Shown: positions 1-12,928 of the stretch, piece by piece | Position numbering within the stretch: the first letter of the stretch is position 1 | Layout: the number at the start of each line of letters is the position of its first letter | From: Utricularia gibba | Lineage: Eukaryota > Plantae > Magnoliophyta | Direction: 5' to 3' | DNA: 64,000 bases | Assembly (NCBI GenBank): GCA_002189035.1 | Contig: NEEC01000002.1 | Coordinates: 6,076,001 to 6,140,000 of the forward strand | Position numbers and translations under genes: made by a program | Notes under the pieces: generated by a model | Database searches by the model: none | What the model was told of the DNA's origin: nothing | Seen by the model: the letters and a program-made list of their open reading frames with translations, nothing else

Positions 1-281
1 TTAGATAATTTGGATGTCTTGGGGATTTTCGTGTTTTTGTTTTACAAAAAAAAATGTTTAATATGATCCTCAAAATATCCATATGATTAAAATTTATTTT
101 TAATAATTATTACGTCATTTTAAAAATTTATATTTATTATTTACTGGAAATCACCGTTTCGTCTCCTTCGCCTTCCTCTCTTCTCTACGTATCTCCTCCA
201 GTTCTTCCCTCCTGCGTAACGAGCCTCCTACCCTAAAAAATTGTGAGAAGGCTTGGCATTTCTGTGGGCAATCGACACAGA

Positions 282-2122
282 ATGTCGAGGCTGTGGAGGA
301 AGTTGGTGGGAATTTGGAGCAATAGAACGCTCATGGGAGTAGACAAAGCAGGCAATCGCTATTTCGTGCGAACCGAAGAAATTGACGGTCGTGGTGTGTT
401 TTCCTCCTGAATTCTTATCATGGTTCCGCTGAATTTTTCGTCTTTTCCTGCTCCACTCGTCTTTCTGTTCATTAATGGTTGTGTTTGCAGCCCTCCTAAA
501 TTTCAGTCCAAAAATATGTAATTCGATTGTGTTTGGGATTGTTTTTTTTCCTAACCAGTTAAAGAGAAGAGGTGGGTAGTGTTTAAAGGAGAGCAGGATC
601 CCACTTTTGTTCCAGGTATATTAAGTCTCTCTAGTTTGTGCTGTGACTGAAGATTGATTCACGTTGAGGATTTTTCCATTGTGTGTTTGAAACATGTTAA
701 ACTTCACTTGCGATCTTGATTACGGGATTTATTGCCTTATTCATTCATCATTAGTTTTTCATAGTTGAATGGATATGTTGGTTGAACGGACAGCGCAGAA
801 GAGCTCCAACACCCGAGGTCAATTCTCTTCATTTGTTAGAGCTTCTTATGTCTCCTGTAATGAGTGTTTCTTAGTCAAATTCATATGCTTGTTTACTGTT
901 CCATTCTTTGTAGAGGATTTTTTCAGTCAAACTACCAACTTCTGCATATTGCCATGGCCTGATATCATTTGTCTTTAGTTGATGCTAAAAGGGTTTCTTG
1001 TTCTCTCGTGTCCGTGCAATGGAGTTTCATCATTCTGTAATGATCTAAAAAGTGGGTGTTATTCAAATTTTTATAGGAAATGGCGGAGCTTGAGGCGAGA
1101 AGGGAACAAATAAAAATGAATGTTGCCCGTAAGAAACTAATCTTCATGTCTCTTATATTATGAGTTTGTTGGGGTACTCGTTAAGTTTCCTTCAATCATT
1201 TATCTTTTGTTTTAAGTTCTCAAGAAGGAGGAAGATGAAAGAAAAGTGAAAGAAAACATAACAGGAGGCAAAACCACCACCATTCGTGAGATTTCCCATT
1301 CTGTGTTCTATTGCAAAAATTTTTATTGTGTAGGTAATGATTTTCTGCTTGATTTGTTAATTCAGGTAAAGCCACTGATCCTGATTTAAAAAGCTTTCTA
1401 CAACAATTTCCTAGTGATTCAAAAGGTAATATTTGGTGAATAGAAAACCTATAATGTGCTTGTGTGATCAGGTTTCGGACGCTATTTTATACCCTCATTG
1501 GGGAATGCAGGTTCCTTAGGATAACAGCTGGTGTGAAAACAAATGATATATGTAGTTTCAAAATGGGTTAACGTGTCACCCATTTTCTTGGGTTTTTAGA
1601 TAAAAACTGTTGCCTTTTCGGAATGACTACAACACCATCATAATTCATGGATGATAAAATTAGCACCTTTCTTGTTGGATCGTATCGCATTGTTTTTCTC
1701 CTCTTACTCTATTTTGTGTTTGTGATAGGGACTCTGACTCAGGATTCACCTGGTTTGAAAAAACCTGAAAGGTCAGCATTTGGCAGGCTTTCCCATTATT
1801 CGCTTAAGATTATGGTGCTACTATTTGCCACTGTTGGTGTTCTCTATACACCCTGATGGGACATGAAGACCCTTTCTTTTATATTTTCAATGGGCAGAAA
1901 ATGATTGACAGCTCAATGCATGCTCTATCACTGAATATTTTGATAGTTGCACAAATTAAAACTCTCCATATGAATACTTCCCACTTGGTTTCTAAGAAAC
2001 CTTTACTGCTGTTCTCCCCTGTGAGTTCGTTGATTGTGGATGCCACATTGTTTTCCAGGTCTTCTGAGCCAACCGGATCCGGTGAATCCTTCAGACCAGG
2101 GACATGGCAACCTCCCTCTTAA
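282..2122 (+). CDS. NDUFAF2: NDUFA12-family complex I assembly factor (NDUFAF2/mimitin-like), 8 exons, ~169 aa
   Basis: Not in the ORF track as one ORF. Spliced with GT-AG introns: 282-393, 559-615, 765-817, 1077-1128, 1217-1285, 1366-1425, 1729-1771, 2059-2122. Gives MSRLWRKLVGIWSNRTLMGVDKAGNRYF...VKEKRWVVF...VEWICWLNGQRRRAPTPEEMAELEARRE...SSEPTGSGESFRPGTWQPPS*, matching the plant family as I recall it. Confidence 0.88.
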
Positions 2123-2716
2123 TACCATAGGATTGCAAGCACAAGCACCAAGAGAAACAAGCTCCCGTATTTCAACTTCAATCTTGCGACAGAAATAAGA
2201 TCCATGGTTGTTGGCTCCTCCAAATACTCCTCAGTTTCATTTAAATCTCATTGTCTCCTGAATCTCCAGCAGCCATTGGCGGCGATGGAACTAAGATCCA
2301 CGAAGGTGCCCACAGGTGCGCTCGTTTTGGTACTTGTTTCTTATTTCCGGTGATAAACTCACCACACACCAACTTCAACTGAGATTCAACCGAAAAAGGG
2401 TCATCAATCTTCCCAAGGTGATTCCACCAATTTTTTTAAACTTTTTTCTCCAAATTTGTATTCATATCTAATGAATACGAGTCGAATCATATATTTTCTA
2501 TTTCGGTTTAATATGAATCAATCTATATTTTTTAAAATAAATATCAATTGATACAAACGCGATGTTGTGTGATTTGAATCCATTAATCTTGCATTGTGAT
2601 GAGATTAGTTGCTAAATTAAAGAATTGTTAATTGATTATGAAATAATTAAGAAGGGAGATTACGGCCTACGGAGTGAATGTGATTCCCGTTATACAAAAC
2701 AAGGGTGTTGACACTT

Positions 2717-5234
2717 TCAGCATCCAATGCTCGTCAAAATGGTGCTTAGTCTCTTGATCACTTCCTGGGGATCTGCATGTGATCCCTGCAGATTCATGGC
2801 GTGGTACTCCAGCCCCTTCCACATCGCGATCAGCTCGAAGTGCGGCCGCATGTACTGGCTGCTGATGATCTCCAGAATCACGGCGTTCATGCTCGCCGAG
2901 ATCATGTGCGTCAGCCCGGCGCCATGAGCACCCACGATCACCGCCGCGTTCTCGATCGCGGCAACCTGCTCCTTCATCGACATATGGGCGAATATTCCGT
3001 TCACCACGTTGAGTTTGCATGGAGAGGACGAAGGGGAGTGGGTTGCCGCCCAGTTGCTGATCGCTTCGAACACTTCCTGCTCGTTGCTCAGCCGCGTCTG
3101 CACCTTTCCCTGGTGGCGGGGGTGGGCGAGATAATCCTCCCGTCTGATGAACAGGATGTCGTGCCGAGAAGACGCGGGCTTTGGCGGGTTGTTGTGACGA
3201 TCCACAGGCAGCCCGAAAGCTGATCGGATCATTTCCCCAAACTCTGATAATCGAGCTGTTTTCTGATCATCAGGGTTCAACCATAGTGAGTTTGCGGTGG
3301 TTCCATGGCAGTTTATGCGCTCTGAGAGTCCCCGGAACATGGCGGTTTCATAGCCTAATGGGACCAGAACTGCTCGGCTGAAGCACACAGGGCCAGTGAA
3401 ATTCTTGGCATAGTTCAGGCTTGAGTACAAAGCTGACCATGTTTCTTCCAACTGCGTCTGATAAATGGGAGATAGAGGGTGAGGTTACATGAAATGGAGT
3501 AAACCAGAAAACAATCAAGATCAAATGCATAGTACCGATTAACACCTTACACGCACAATGCGACTGCATTGTGTCGAATTGCATTTGACGAAGATGAAAG
3601 CCACAAATTATTCTTCTAACACAGAATCAAAACTAAAAACACCCAAGTGATTTTAAAATTTAAAGCTTTCAACTTTGAGAAGAGAAAAACACAAAGTAGC
3701 ATTGAGATAATGGCATTGAAAGGGTTTAAAGAAGAAACGAACACATGTTTAGCGTTCTACAGTCACGCCTTTACATTAAAAAAAAAAAAAAAAGCTCAAG
3801 GAATCATACCTCACAGTGGCCATCGACAAAAACAACACGGGGCCGACTGGATAATCCTGTGACTCTGGAAGATACATAAGTACTGTACCAATCTGTAAAT
3901 GTGTGAAACACATTTGCATATTCGTAGCGAGTAACCAAAAGAGTTGGTTCCTCGATCCACTGAAAACAAAAACCAGACCACTTATGTCAAGCTCAAAAAC
4001 TGTAAAATAGGTAACATGTGAAAGTATGAGCTCTATGTAACCAATAGTAGCAATTTATAGCATAGGGAGAACAAAATACTGTCTAATGGACAGCATTTCG
4101 CATTGTTATCTATTTACTAAAGTCGGCAACCCTGGGCTCTTTTACAAAAGTACATAACACTGAAACATATTCTCCTGAATCGAAGAACATCTAAAGCCAA
4201 GGCACATTCTTCATGGATGATTCACTGAACTTTGATACGACGGTAGACTCTATAGCCTTTCAGATCATGCATGTCTATAGTTCACAAAAGGTTCTTAATG
4301 GCTATCTAAGATCAGCCTACGATTTTTTCATTAACAGGAATCCAAAACCCCAACAGAATTCTTCAAGTGTATTTTACAAAATTTGGAAAAAACTTTAAAA
4401 CTTGGCGCAAGAGAAAAAAAAAAAAAGAATCAGATTATACACGGAAACAAACAGATTTTCTGAATGGAAGCGATCGTTACCCTAATGCATCCCAAATCAC
4501 ATTCAATCTCATACAGATTTGGAAGCATTAAAAGCTCAACCAAACATTTACTCACAAACAAAGATACTGCAGAAAGCAACCTTATTGCAAACAAATTCAG
4601 CAGCATCAACTTCACGAATAGAGCCAATCAATGCACGCATACTATGCCTTTCAATTCCACCTTGCTGCACATAACGATTCAAGAATTCCTCATCTACCAG
4701 TTTTTTCCCAACTCTAGATCTGTCCCCAACCTCAATTTCAAACGCCCCATCTTCGAATTTCGGCATCTCTTCATTCTCTCCCCTCCCAATCACACTTTCC
4801 AACTTCTCACCCCCTTGAGACATCAAAATTTTACCCGGAATCATCCGAATCCTACTCCCTTCACATATCGAGCTCCTCAAAGTCTCGCTATAAAAACACC
4901 TAAACCATCCTCCCCTGGAACCAGTTACACGACGAGGTTCAGAAACCGGCTTCAAAAGGTCGATGCGCCGAGTGAACCCATTTCCAAAATAGGCTTCGCA
5001 GGAATGAAAAATCGGTGATTTCCCACCGAGAGACCACGGGAGGTAGGAGGGCAATATGGGCCATGGTTTGAGCGAAGAACGTAAGTGGGACAATGAACTT
5101 TCAGACAAAGAACGAGGGATTGAAGTGGGTAGTTGGTGATCGTGATCGGTGGAGAAGTTTATGTAGAGAAGAAGGGAATTGAAAATGAAGAGAGCGAATA
5201 GCAGAAACCTGAGCTTCGTACACTTCAACTTCAT
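2717..5234 (-). CDS. XYLT: Beta-1,2-xylosyltransferase (GT61, N-glycan XylT), 3 exons, ~514 aa
   Basis: Exons 5234-4581, 3959-3810, 3457-2717 join in frame. Motifs KPWPILPSYLPW, SCEAYFGNGF, WIEEPTLLVTRYEYANVFH, RREDYLAHPRH, GAHGAGLTH, WKGLEYHAM; N-terminal type II membrane anchor. Confidence 0.95.
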
Positions 5235-6134
5235 CCCGGAAAATCCTCTTCTCTCTCACCCAATCACAATTCTCTCGCGATGGAGATCTCTGCATCACTT
5301 GCGCTGCACTCCCCCACCGTCGAGCTAAACCCAGCTGACCAATACCGTACCACCTCCATTAAAAAAGCCTTCGATTAAACTTTGAGGAAATTGCCAAAAT
5401 GGTCTCAAATTTTAACCTAATTACCTTTAGTCTCATGAACAAAAATTGTGAAATTCTCAAAGTTCGGGGACTAGAAAGATATTTTTTTAATATTAAGGGC
5501 TAAGAAAATAATTTTTGTAACAGTTGGGGATTCACTCAGATTTCAGAAGATGATAAATCAATAATTTAAAGGGCCTCCCGAAACAACTGTAGGAAAGAAT
5601 TTTAGGCGTTATCCGACGGTCGTAGATTCAGCCGCCGCTCCGTCGTCTCTCCCACGAATTCTGTGACAAAACTTCGGTACGCCTCCTTTAAGACGATTTT
5701 GTCGCTTCAAAATTCAGGGGATTGATCTAGAGAATCGAATTTAGGGTTTGTCTGTTAAATCCGACGATCAGCCACGTTAATCTGATTTCCTTTTTCAGTT
5801 TGCGCGGGAGCTACCAAGATGTTTTTTGACATACATAATATTTTGATCTGGCTATGCTTCGTTTGATGCTTTTCAATTTTTTCTCTTGGGTGATAAACTT
5901 TTCAGATAGTTTGAGTAGAAAAGAATGAAATTTGGATGCGTGTGATTCAATTAGCGGTACTTATGTTTCTTCTTGGGGATGCAAAACTAAATTTTGCTGC
6001 CCAGTTGTAGTCTTGTTTTTTTCCCTGTTTGTTACCGTCTAGAATTGTGCCAATTCGTGGAATCACGGTAGGCTAATGACTCTTGGGGTCTACGTTTTCG
6101 TAGGTTGAATAAAAAGCTGTATATTTATCAGGCA

Positions 6135-7640
6135 ATGGCAACTTCATCGGACTCATGGGTAAGGGAATACAATGAAGCAGTCAAACTTGCAGATGACATC
6201 AGTAGTATGATAAGTGATAAAAGTTCATCACAAGCAACGGGGCCAGAAGCACAGAGGCATTTTTCTGCAATGAGGAGGAAAATTACTATACTGGGAACTA
6301 AGCTTGATGGCCTAGATGGACTTTTGCCCAAGCTTCCAGGGAAACAATCTATGTAAGCATCTGGTTTCGGAGGACGTTGTTCGTTGTTATGTTCATTTTC
6401 TTTTTTATAATTGTTCTTTTTAGTGATGCAACTGAAATATCGAACACTTTGGCGTCATGTTGTCCTTTCCGCCTGAGGTTTCTAGCTCTCTAGATGTATT
6501 CCATATGGTGTGCCTGTTGATAATTACATATTGTGCACAGGGATACTGTACTTGTAAATTAAGGATCCATGTGTTTCCTAAGGCTAATTCGCCACCAAAT
6601 CATCATCTTTATCTCATGCTTTTTTTTCAGTTTGCGTTGTTTGAATTGAAATTTGGTAAATGCTTTATGCAACAGTACCACGAAGGAAATGAATCGCCGC
6701 AAGGACATGATGAACAACTTGAGATCAAAGGTAAACCAGATGGCGTCCATGTTAAACATGGCCAGTTTTGGGGATCGAAATGGATTGCTTGGTCCTGAAG
6801 TAAAACCAGCAGACGCAGTTAGCAGAATACGGGATCTTGACAACCAGGGAGTTGTTGTTCTCCAGAGACAAATCATGAGAGGCAAGTTTTTCATCCTGCA
6901 ACCTTTTATCTCGTGTGCCTTATGCTCTTTTCTTTTTCCGTTTGATCATTCATTAGTTCTTTATTCAGAACAAGATGATGATCTTGGAAAATTGGAGGAG
7001 ACAGTCGTAAGCACGAAACACATCGCACTAGCCATCAATGAAGAGCTTGGTCTTCATACCAGATTGATTGTATGTCGATAATTTTTTTTTCTTGTTAACC
7101 CTGAAATTTTTAATTTGATGCATTTGATACTGTAATATGCAGGAAAACCTGGAAGAACATGTTGACGTCACTGACTCAAGACTGCAGGTGACCTTTTTCC
7201 CCTAAGAAAACGCCTTCTTGTGTGATTGAAAATCTTTTGTAAGGTGGCACTTACCCATTAACCCGTTTGAATTTTCTGTGGTGCTACGCATATAAATAGA
7301 TGCCAATCTTCATTTCTGCTAAAGAACTTCCATGTCACTGGATTCTATCTGTTTTTTCCACTCATCCCTAATGAAAGCAATGTAGTTGGAAATTACATTA
7401 CAATTTTCGCTTCTCCGAACGTATGTTATGCTTTACTTCTAATCCATGTAACCGCATTTTCTTCAAGCAACTGAATCTTTGTTGTCAACTATTCCGCAAA
7501 TGCAACAGCGCGTGCAGAGAAAGCTTGCAATATTGAACAAGAGGACGAAGAGTGGCTGCTCCTGCTTGTCCCTGCTTCTATCAATCATCGGTATCGTGAT
7601 TCTAGCAACAGTTGTATATTTGCTGATCAGGTACCTGTAA
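6135..7640 (+). CDS. SYP5: Syntaxin-5 family Qc-SNARE (SYP51/SYP52-like), 5 coding exons
   Basis: Exons 6135-6352, 6676-6881, 6969-7069, 7143-7187, 7509-7640. MATSSDSWVREYNEA..., SNARE motif EQDDDLGKLEETVVSTKHIALAINEEL, C-terminal TM helix. Intron 2 is GC-AG. Head-to-head with XYLT. Confidence 0.93.
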
Positions 7641-8024
7641 CAACCCTGCTGCTCATATACCAGTTTCTTTGCAATTCCAAAAGAAAAAACAATGAATCCA
7701 TCAACTCGCTGAGGTTCCATATGGAAATGATTTGTGTGTAATGTGTATAAACGCTGTTTTTTTTAAATCATGCCGTGGCAATTTCTCATCATCATGCTGT
7801 TTTGTGTGTACTTTTGTGGTGTTCTGGTGTGTGTACTGTGAGCTTTCCTGTTTTGGATGGCGCTGCCATGAACCAAAATTGAAACTTCAGGATTTGAAGC
7901 TATTCAGCCGCACTTTCCCAGTTTCTTTTTTTAGCAAGGGGCGACAACGTGTCGGCGTGTCCAAGTACGTTGACTCGGTGCAATTTGCACAGTCGAACAG
8001 ATACGGATTAAAAGGACGGTTCTT

Positions 8025-9062
8025 TTACAAGGAAAGTTTACTCTTTAAAAATGTAGCCATCATGGAGTACTCGTTTATGACTCTCGTGTCAATCCCGCTA
8101 CTTGTGATATGCGGGAAAAACAGCCAAGCTCCGGTGATGCCCATAAAGCCAAGTGTCAGCACTCGCGACACGGCTACCGGCGGTGACCAACCACCGCGAC
8201 TCGCCACCGCCTTCTTCACCTCGATCTCCACGGCGACGCAAACTCCGTGTAGTACAAAAAACCCCGTCATCTCCCAAGTGGGAGCGGCACGCGACATGTA
8301 GTAAAAAATCAATTCGTGCATCAGACCTGACACAGAGAACGTCGCAATGATAGCTGACAGCCGCGCCCAGGTGTTGCCGAGGAGGCGCGTGGAGATACGA
8401 CGCACCGGAGAGTAGACGGCGGCGTGGAGGATTGTAGTGACCACGAGATTCCATCGCCGGCCCCAGAAATCCTGCAACGACGTCGCTAAATACGGTTCGT
8501 CGAACTGCGGGTCGAGCCTGTTGCCGAGGAAGGCTCGCACCGGTAAGGCTGTGAGTGCTAGAAACACTTCCAATGCGATGTAGAGATGGCAGCAGTAAAA
8601 AGAGCAGATCAGGTAATAATTAATCGATCCTCTGTATTGGAAAAGGCTTAGAGTCACTGCTACGAGAAGAAGCTTGAAGAAGACCATAAATGTTTTTCGT
8701 TTCACAGATCCGCATTCAGTCGGAGATTCGGAGGCTGTTTGACTTTTGAGACTGATGGGCAGAAGCCCGACTGCCACGAACTGGGCGAGAGAAAGGGTCG
8801 GGTCGGCGAGAGGGCCTTTGTCGAAGGCGAACAGGAGGAGCTTGAAGTTCCCGAGCCAGACGAAGTAGAAGAAAGCGGGACCGCCGATATTTATGTAACG
8901 GTTGATGCCGAAGGGGAGAGTGGAGAAGAGATAAACGACAGGGAGGAGAGGGAGGATCCTGGCGCCGCCGCTGGGAAGCCTGCGGACGACCTGATGGGAG
9001 AAGATAAGAGAGACGACGCCGGTAATCCAGAGTTGAACAAAGGATCGAATTTCAGGGTCCAT
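8025..9062 (-). CDS. MBOAT wax synthase / acyl-CoA:sterol O-acyltransferase-like, copy 1 (345 aa, intronless)
   Basis: Hydrophobic ORF with FDEPYLATSLQDFWGRRWNL and catalytic-His motif VSGLMHELIFYY. Confidence 0.92.
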   Translation of the reverse strand: MDPEIRSFVQLWITGVVSLIFSHQVVRRLPSGGARILPLLPVVYLFSTLPFGINRYINIGGPAFFYFVWLGNFKLLLFAFDKGPLADPTLSLAQFVAVGLLPISLKSQTASESPTECGSVKRKTFMVFFKLLLVAVTLSLFQYRGSINYYLICSFYCCHLYIALEVFLALTALPVRAFLGNRLDPQFDEPYLATSLQDFWGRRWNLVVTTILHAAVYSPVRRISTRLLGNTWARLSAIIATFSVSGLMHELIFYYMSRAAPTWEMTGFFVLHGVCVAVEIEVKKAVASRGGWSPPVAVSRVLTLGFMGITGAWLFFPHITSSGIDTRVINEYSMMATFLKSKLSL

Positions 9063-9670
9063 GGCGGATGCAAACGCAGAGTTCGGGTTGCCGCAATGCA
9101 GCGCAGACCTTCTTTATATATTCACACCCACCACGTGGCGATGAACTCCACAAATGAATAGCCTCCGCCGCCCTCCAACATACAAAATCAGCCAGCACGC
9201 AGCCTGCGGCGTCCGACCTGACCGTGCTCCCGTCAGCAACGTTTTTTACTTGCCCCAACTGCACTGTGATTTGACCAAATTAGCCACGTTGACTTTACCA
9301 CATTATAATCAATTTATTCATTATATATATCGTGCCCATTTTTTATCCCATGTTGGCCACTTTTTTAATACAAACATCGATAATGTGGGGTTAATAATAG
9401 ATTTGAATTTAATTCTATTTATAATACATTAAATCAGATTTAATAATTTTTAATCATATTTTAAAATATTTACGAAAAATATAAATTGTTATTTAAATGA
9501 ATTTAATAAATTATTCAATTTATTCATGAATCTGATGTAATAACTTGTCATAGTGAAAATTGAAATGACCTTATATCAATCTCATTTCCATTACAAAGAT
9601 AGAGATCAATTTCAATAATCATGTAAATTTTATACGAGTTCTTTTTTTGAGCACATATGAGCATTACTAT

Positions 9671-9881
9671 GGGTCTATTTGGTATAGCTTCAAAAAATAA
9701 CTTCAAAAACGTGATTCTAGAAGTAATTATGTTTTTTATGGAGTAAAATTATCCCAACTTCTAAAAAAATCGAAATGTTTTATTATTTCAATTTCATGTG
9801 AAACAGAAACAACACGTATTTTGTTTGATGATCACTTCTAGAAATGCTTCTAGTGAATCACAAGCTGTACCAAACATACCC
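9671..9881. mobile_element. Tourist-like MITE (211 bp)
   Basis: Imperfect TIRs GGGTCTATTTGGTATAGCTT / AAGCTGTACCAAACATACCC, internal inverted GTGATTCTAGAAGT-like sequence, flanks tat / taa (degenerate TAA-type TSD). Confidence 0.65.
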
Positions 9882-9957
9882 TAATTTTTCGAGCACATAT
9901 CAGCATTATGTGCAAATTTACAGTGTCGAACAGATACGGATTAAAATGACGGTTCTT

Positions 9958-10997
9958 TTACAAGGAAAGTTTACTCTTTACAAGTGAAGCCATCATCGAG
10001 TACTCCTCGTTTATGACTCTAGTGTCAATCCCGTTTCTGGTGGTATACGGTAAACACAGCCAAGTTCCGGTGACGCCCACAAAGACAAGTATCAGCAGTC
10101 GCGACACGGCTACCGGCGGTGACCAACCACCGCGACTCGCCACCGCCTTTTTCACGGCGATCTCCACGGCGACGCAAACTCCGTGAAGTACAAAAAACCC
10201 CGTCATCCCCCAAGTGGGAGCGGCACGCGATATGTAGTAAAAAATCAATTCGTGCATCAGACCTGACACCGAGAACGTCGCGATGACTGCTGACGGCCGC
10301 GCCCATGTGTGGCCGAGGTGGGGCGTGGAGATAAGACGCACCGGAGTGTACACGGCGGCGTGGAGGATTGTCGTGACAACGAGATTCCATCGCCGGCCCC
10401 AGAAATCCTGCAACGACGTCGCTAAATAAGGTTCGTCGAACGGCGGGTCGAGCTTGTAGCCGAGGAAGAATCGCACCGGCGCGGCCGTGAGTGCTAGATA
10501 CAATTCCGATAGGATGTAGAGATGGCCGTAGTGCAAATAGCCGGTCGGTAATAATTAAACGATTCTCTGTATTGCAAGAGGCTTAGAATCACTACTCCGA
10601 GAAGAAGCCTGAAGAAGACCAGAAATATTTCTCGTTTCACAGATCCGCAATCAGCCGCAGATTCGGAAGCTGTTTGACTTTTGAGATTGATGGGCAGAAG
10701 CCCGACTACCACGAACTGGGTGAGAGAAAGGGTCGGGTCGGCGAGAGGGCCTTTCTCGAAGGCGAACAGGAGGAGCTTGAGGTTCCCGAGACAGACAAAG
10801 TAGAAGAAAGTGGGAAGGCCGATATGTATGTAACGGTTGATGCCGAAGGGGAGAGTGGAGAAGAGATAAATGACCGGGAGAAGAGATAGGATCCTGGCGG
10901 CGCCGATGGGAAGCCTGCCGACGACCTGACGGGAGAAGATAAGAGAGACGACGCCGGTAATCCAGACTTGCACAAAGGATTGAATTTCAGGATCCAT
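9958..10997 (-). pseudogene. MBOAT acyltransferase copy 2, split by a 1-bp deletion at 10546/10547
   Basis: ORFs 10494-11042 and 9958-10536 are the two halves. TAC C[T]G ACC lacks one T relative to copy 1 (TAC CTG ATC). Otherwise colinear with copy 1. Could be an assembly error. Confidence 0.8.
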
Positions 10998-11090
10998 GGC
11001 GGCTGCAAACGCAGAGTTTGAGTTCCGGTTGCTTAAATACACAGCAGACTTTCTTCTTAAATTAACACCAACGACGTGGACGTGGGTATG

Positions 11091-11622
11091 TGTTGAAATT
11101 GAGTATCAGATGTATCGGACGACAGTGCACTTAATCCTAATTGCACTTAACCCTAAATACACAATAAACAAGTATCATAATAGAAAAGATTAGGCTCAAC
11201 CGATTATTTGAGATATGTATTTTCTTATATACTAAACTTACATTTTCATTTTTCGATATAAAATTGTGTATTCTAACACCCGCCTTCAAGTCGAATTAGT
11301 CTTTGATCCGATTAAGACTTGTATTTTTTTTTATGTGATTGTAGATAGTGTTTCGGTCATAAATCGATCTAATTTTTTGTCGTCTAAGTTCAATACATCT
11401 CCTTGCCATCTTGGCCACCCAAGTCGAAGTCAAACGCTCTAATACCATATTGAAATTCATGATTAGATAGGTTGGACGATCGTGCACGTGAAATCTAAGT
11501 ACACAAGAAACATAGATCACAATAGAAAAAATTAGATACAATCAATTATTTGTGATGTGTAAATTATTATATACTAAACTATTGTATTTTCATTTTTCGA
11601 TGTGAGATTGTATATTCTAATG
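11091..11622 (-). mobile_element. TRIM (terminal-repeat retrotransposon in miniature), ~530 bp
   Basis: Diverged direct repeats 11091-11278 (TG...CA) and 11448-11622. PBS TGGTATTAGAGC (one mismatch to the tRNA-iMet PBS) at 11436-11447, degenerate PPT at 11279-11287, 169-bp non-coding interior, flanks gtatg/atatg (4 of 5 TSD). Confidence 0.8.
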
Positions 11623-12577
11623 ATATGAATTCGGCTGGTACAAATGAATGTAGGACCTCACTATATTATATACGTGATTAATTACTAATAATTTATTATT
11701 TACATAATTATTTCATTTTCAAATGTCAATCTAAATCATTTCTTTAGTATTAAAAACATCAGCCAGCGCCGCACGCGGCAGTGTCCAACCATGCTCCGGT
11801 CAACAACGTTGTTGACTTGCCCCAACTCCACCATCGGTAATGTGGGGTTAATGATGCATTTGGATTTAACTCTCTTTATAATACATTAAATCAGATTTAA
11901 TATCTTCGAATCATATTTTAAAATATTCAGGAAAATAGAAATTATTATTTAAATGAACTTAATAAATTATTCAATTTATTCATGAATTTGATGGAATAAT
12001 TTGTGTCATTGAATATTAAAATAATCTAATACTAATCTCATATCAAAGTAAAGATCAAGTAGAATAATCATGTAAGTTTTATAAAAGTTCTTTTTCAAAT
12101 ACATATGAGCATTATTAATAGTAACACCTAATTTGAATTTGATAAGTTTTTTTTATGTAATTGTATCAAATGTTTAGGAACATAATTTTAATTTTCTATA
12201 GTTTTAAATTTTAATAGATTAAATCATGGTTTTATAATAATATTTTAATAAATATAGTTAAAATTTAATAAATCTTAATCAACTTAAAATCATAATTAAA
12301 CAATTCAATGAGTTTAAATCGTTTTTGAAATATTGATCATAGCAATCTATTCCAATAGAACCATTTCAACCCCGCGTAGAATAAGGATAACAAAAATGAA
12401 TAGTTGAATTTATAATTATAAAGGATAATTACAATAATTAATTTTAATTAAAAAGGTTTATGAATGGGCAGAGAGAGGAGAGAGTATATATGGTGAGGAG
12501 GTGCTAGGCGGCGTAGGAAGACGGCGACTAATGCAAGTATCAGGGCATGGCCGGTGTAAATTATGGGAGATTCTCCA

Positions 12578-12928
12578 TTCTCCAGTGCGGGGAGGTTGCG
12601 CGGCAGTCACGAGATTCCGATGGTCTTTCCGAGCAGCCACAGGAAGAGCGACAGCTCGAAGCAGAAGACGGTGTGGAGAGAGCTCCTGTCGAGCACGAAC
12701 CCGTATATCGTGATCCCCGCTCCGTTCTTCTCCAAGTACGACACTGCGCCACATTTTCAGGAACTCAAGAGTCAGATGGAACGCCCTGATGATTCCCGGC
12801 GCAACAGAGCAGGCTGCAAGTACGGCGTACCCAAGGCTTGCCTTCTGTGGTATGAGGCTGCATTGTAGGATACAGTCGTCATCTTCTTCGTCCTCCTCGT
12901 GATCCGATTCCTCAGCCATCTCGTCGAA
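12578..12928 (-). pseudogene. Duplicated 3' fragment of the DUF3537 gene (end of exon 4, last intron, last exon)
   Basis: Near-identical to 20407-20762, including splice sites and the GKTIGIS* terminus; ends abruptly at the duplication junction. Confidence 0.9.

Noticed and set aside
2667-5018. Long alternative-frame or antisense ORFs over XYLT (2801-3223, 2667-3020, 4464-5018)
   Set aside because: Shadows of GC-rich coding exons with no recognisable motifs. The same applies to 8739-9161, 18688-19182, 12501-12868 and 59401-59916.
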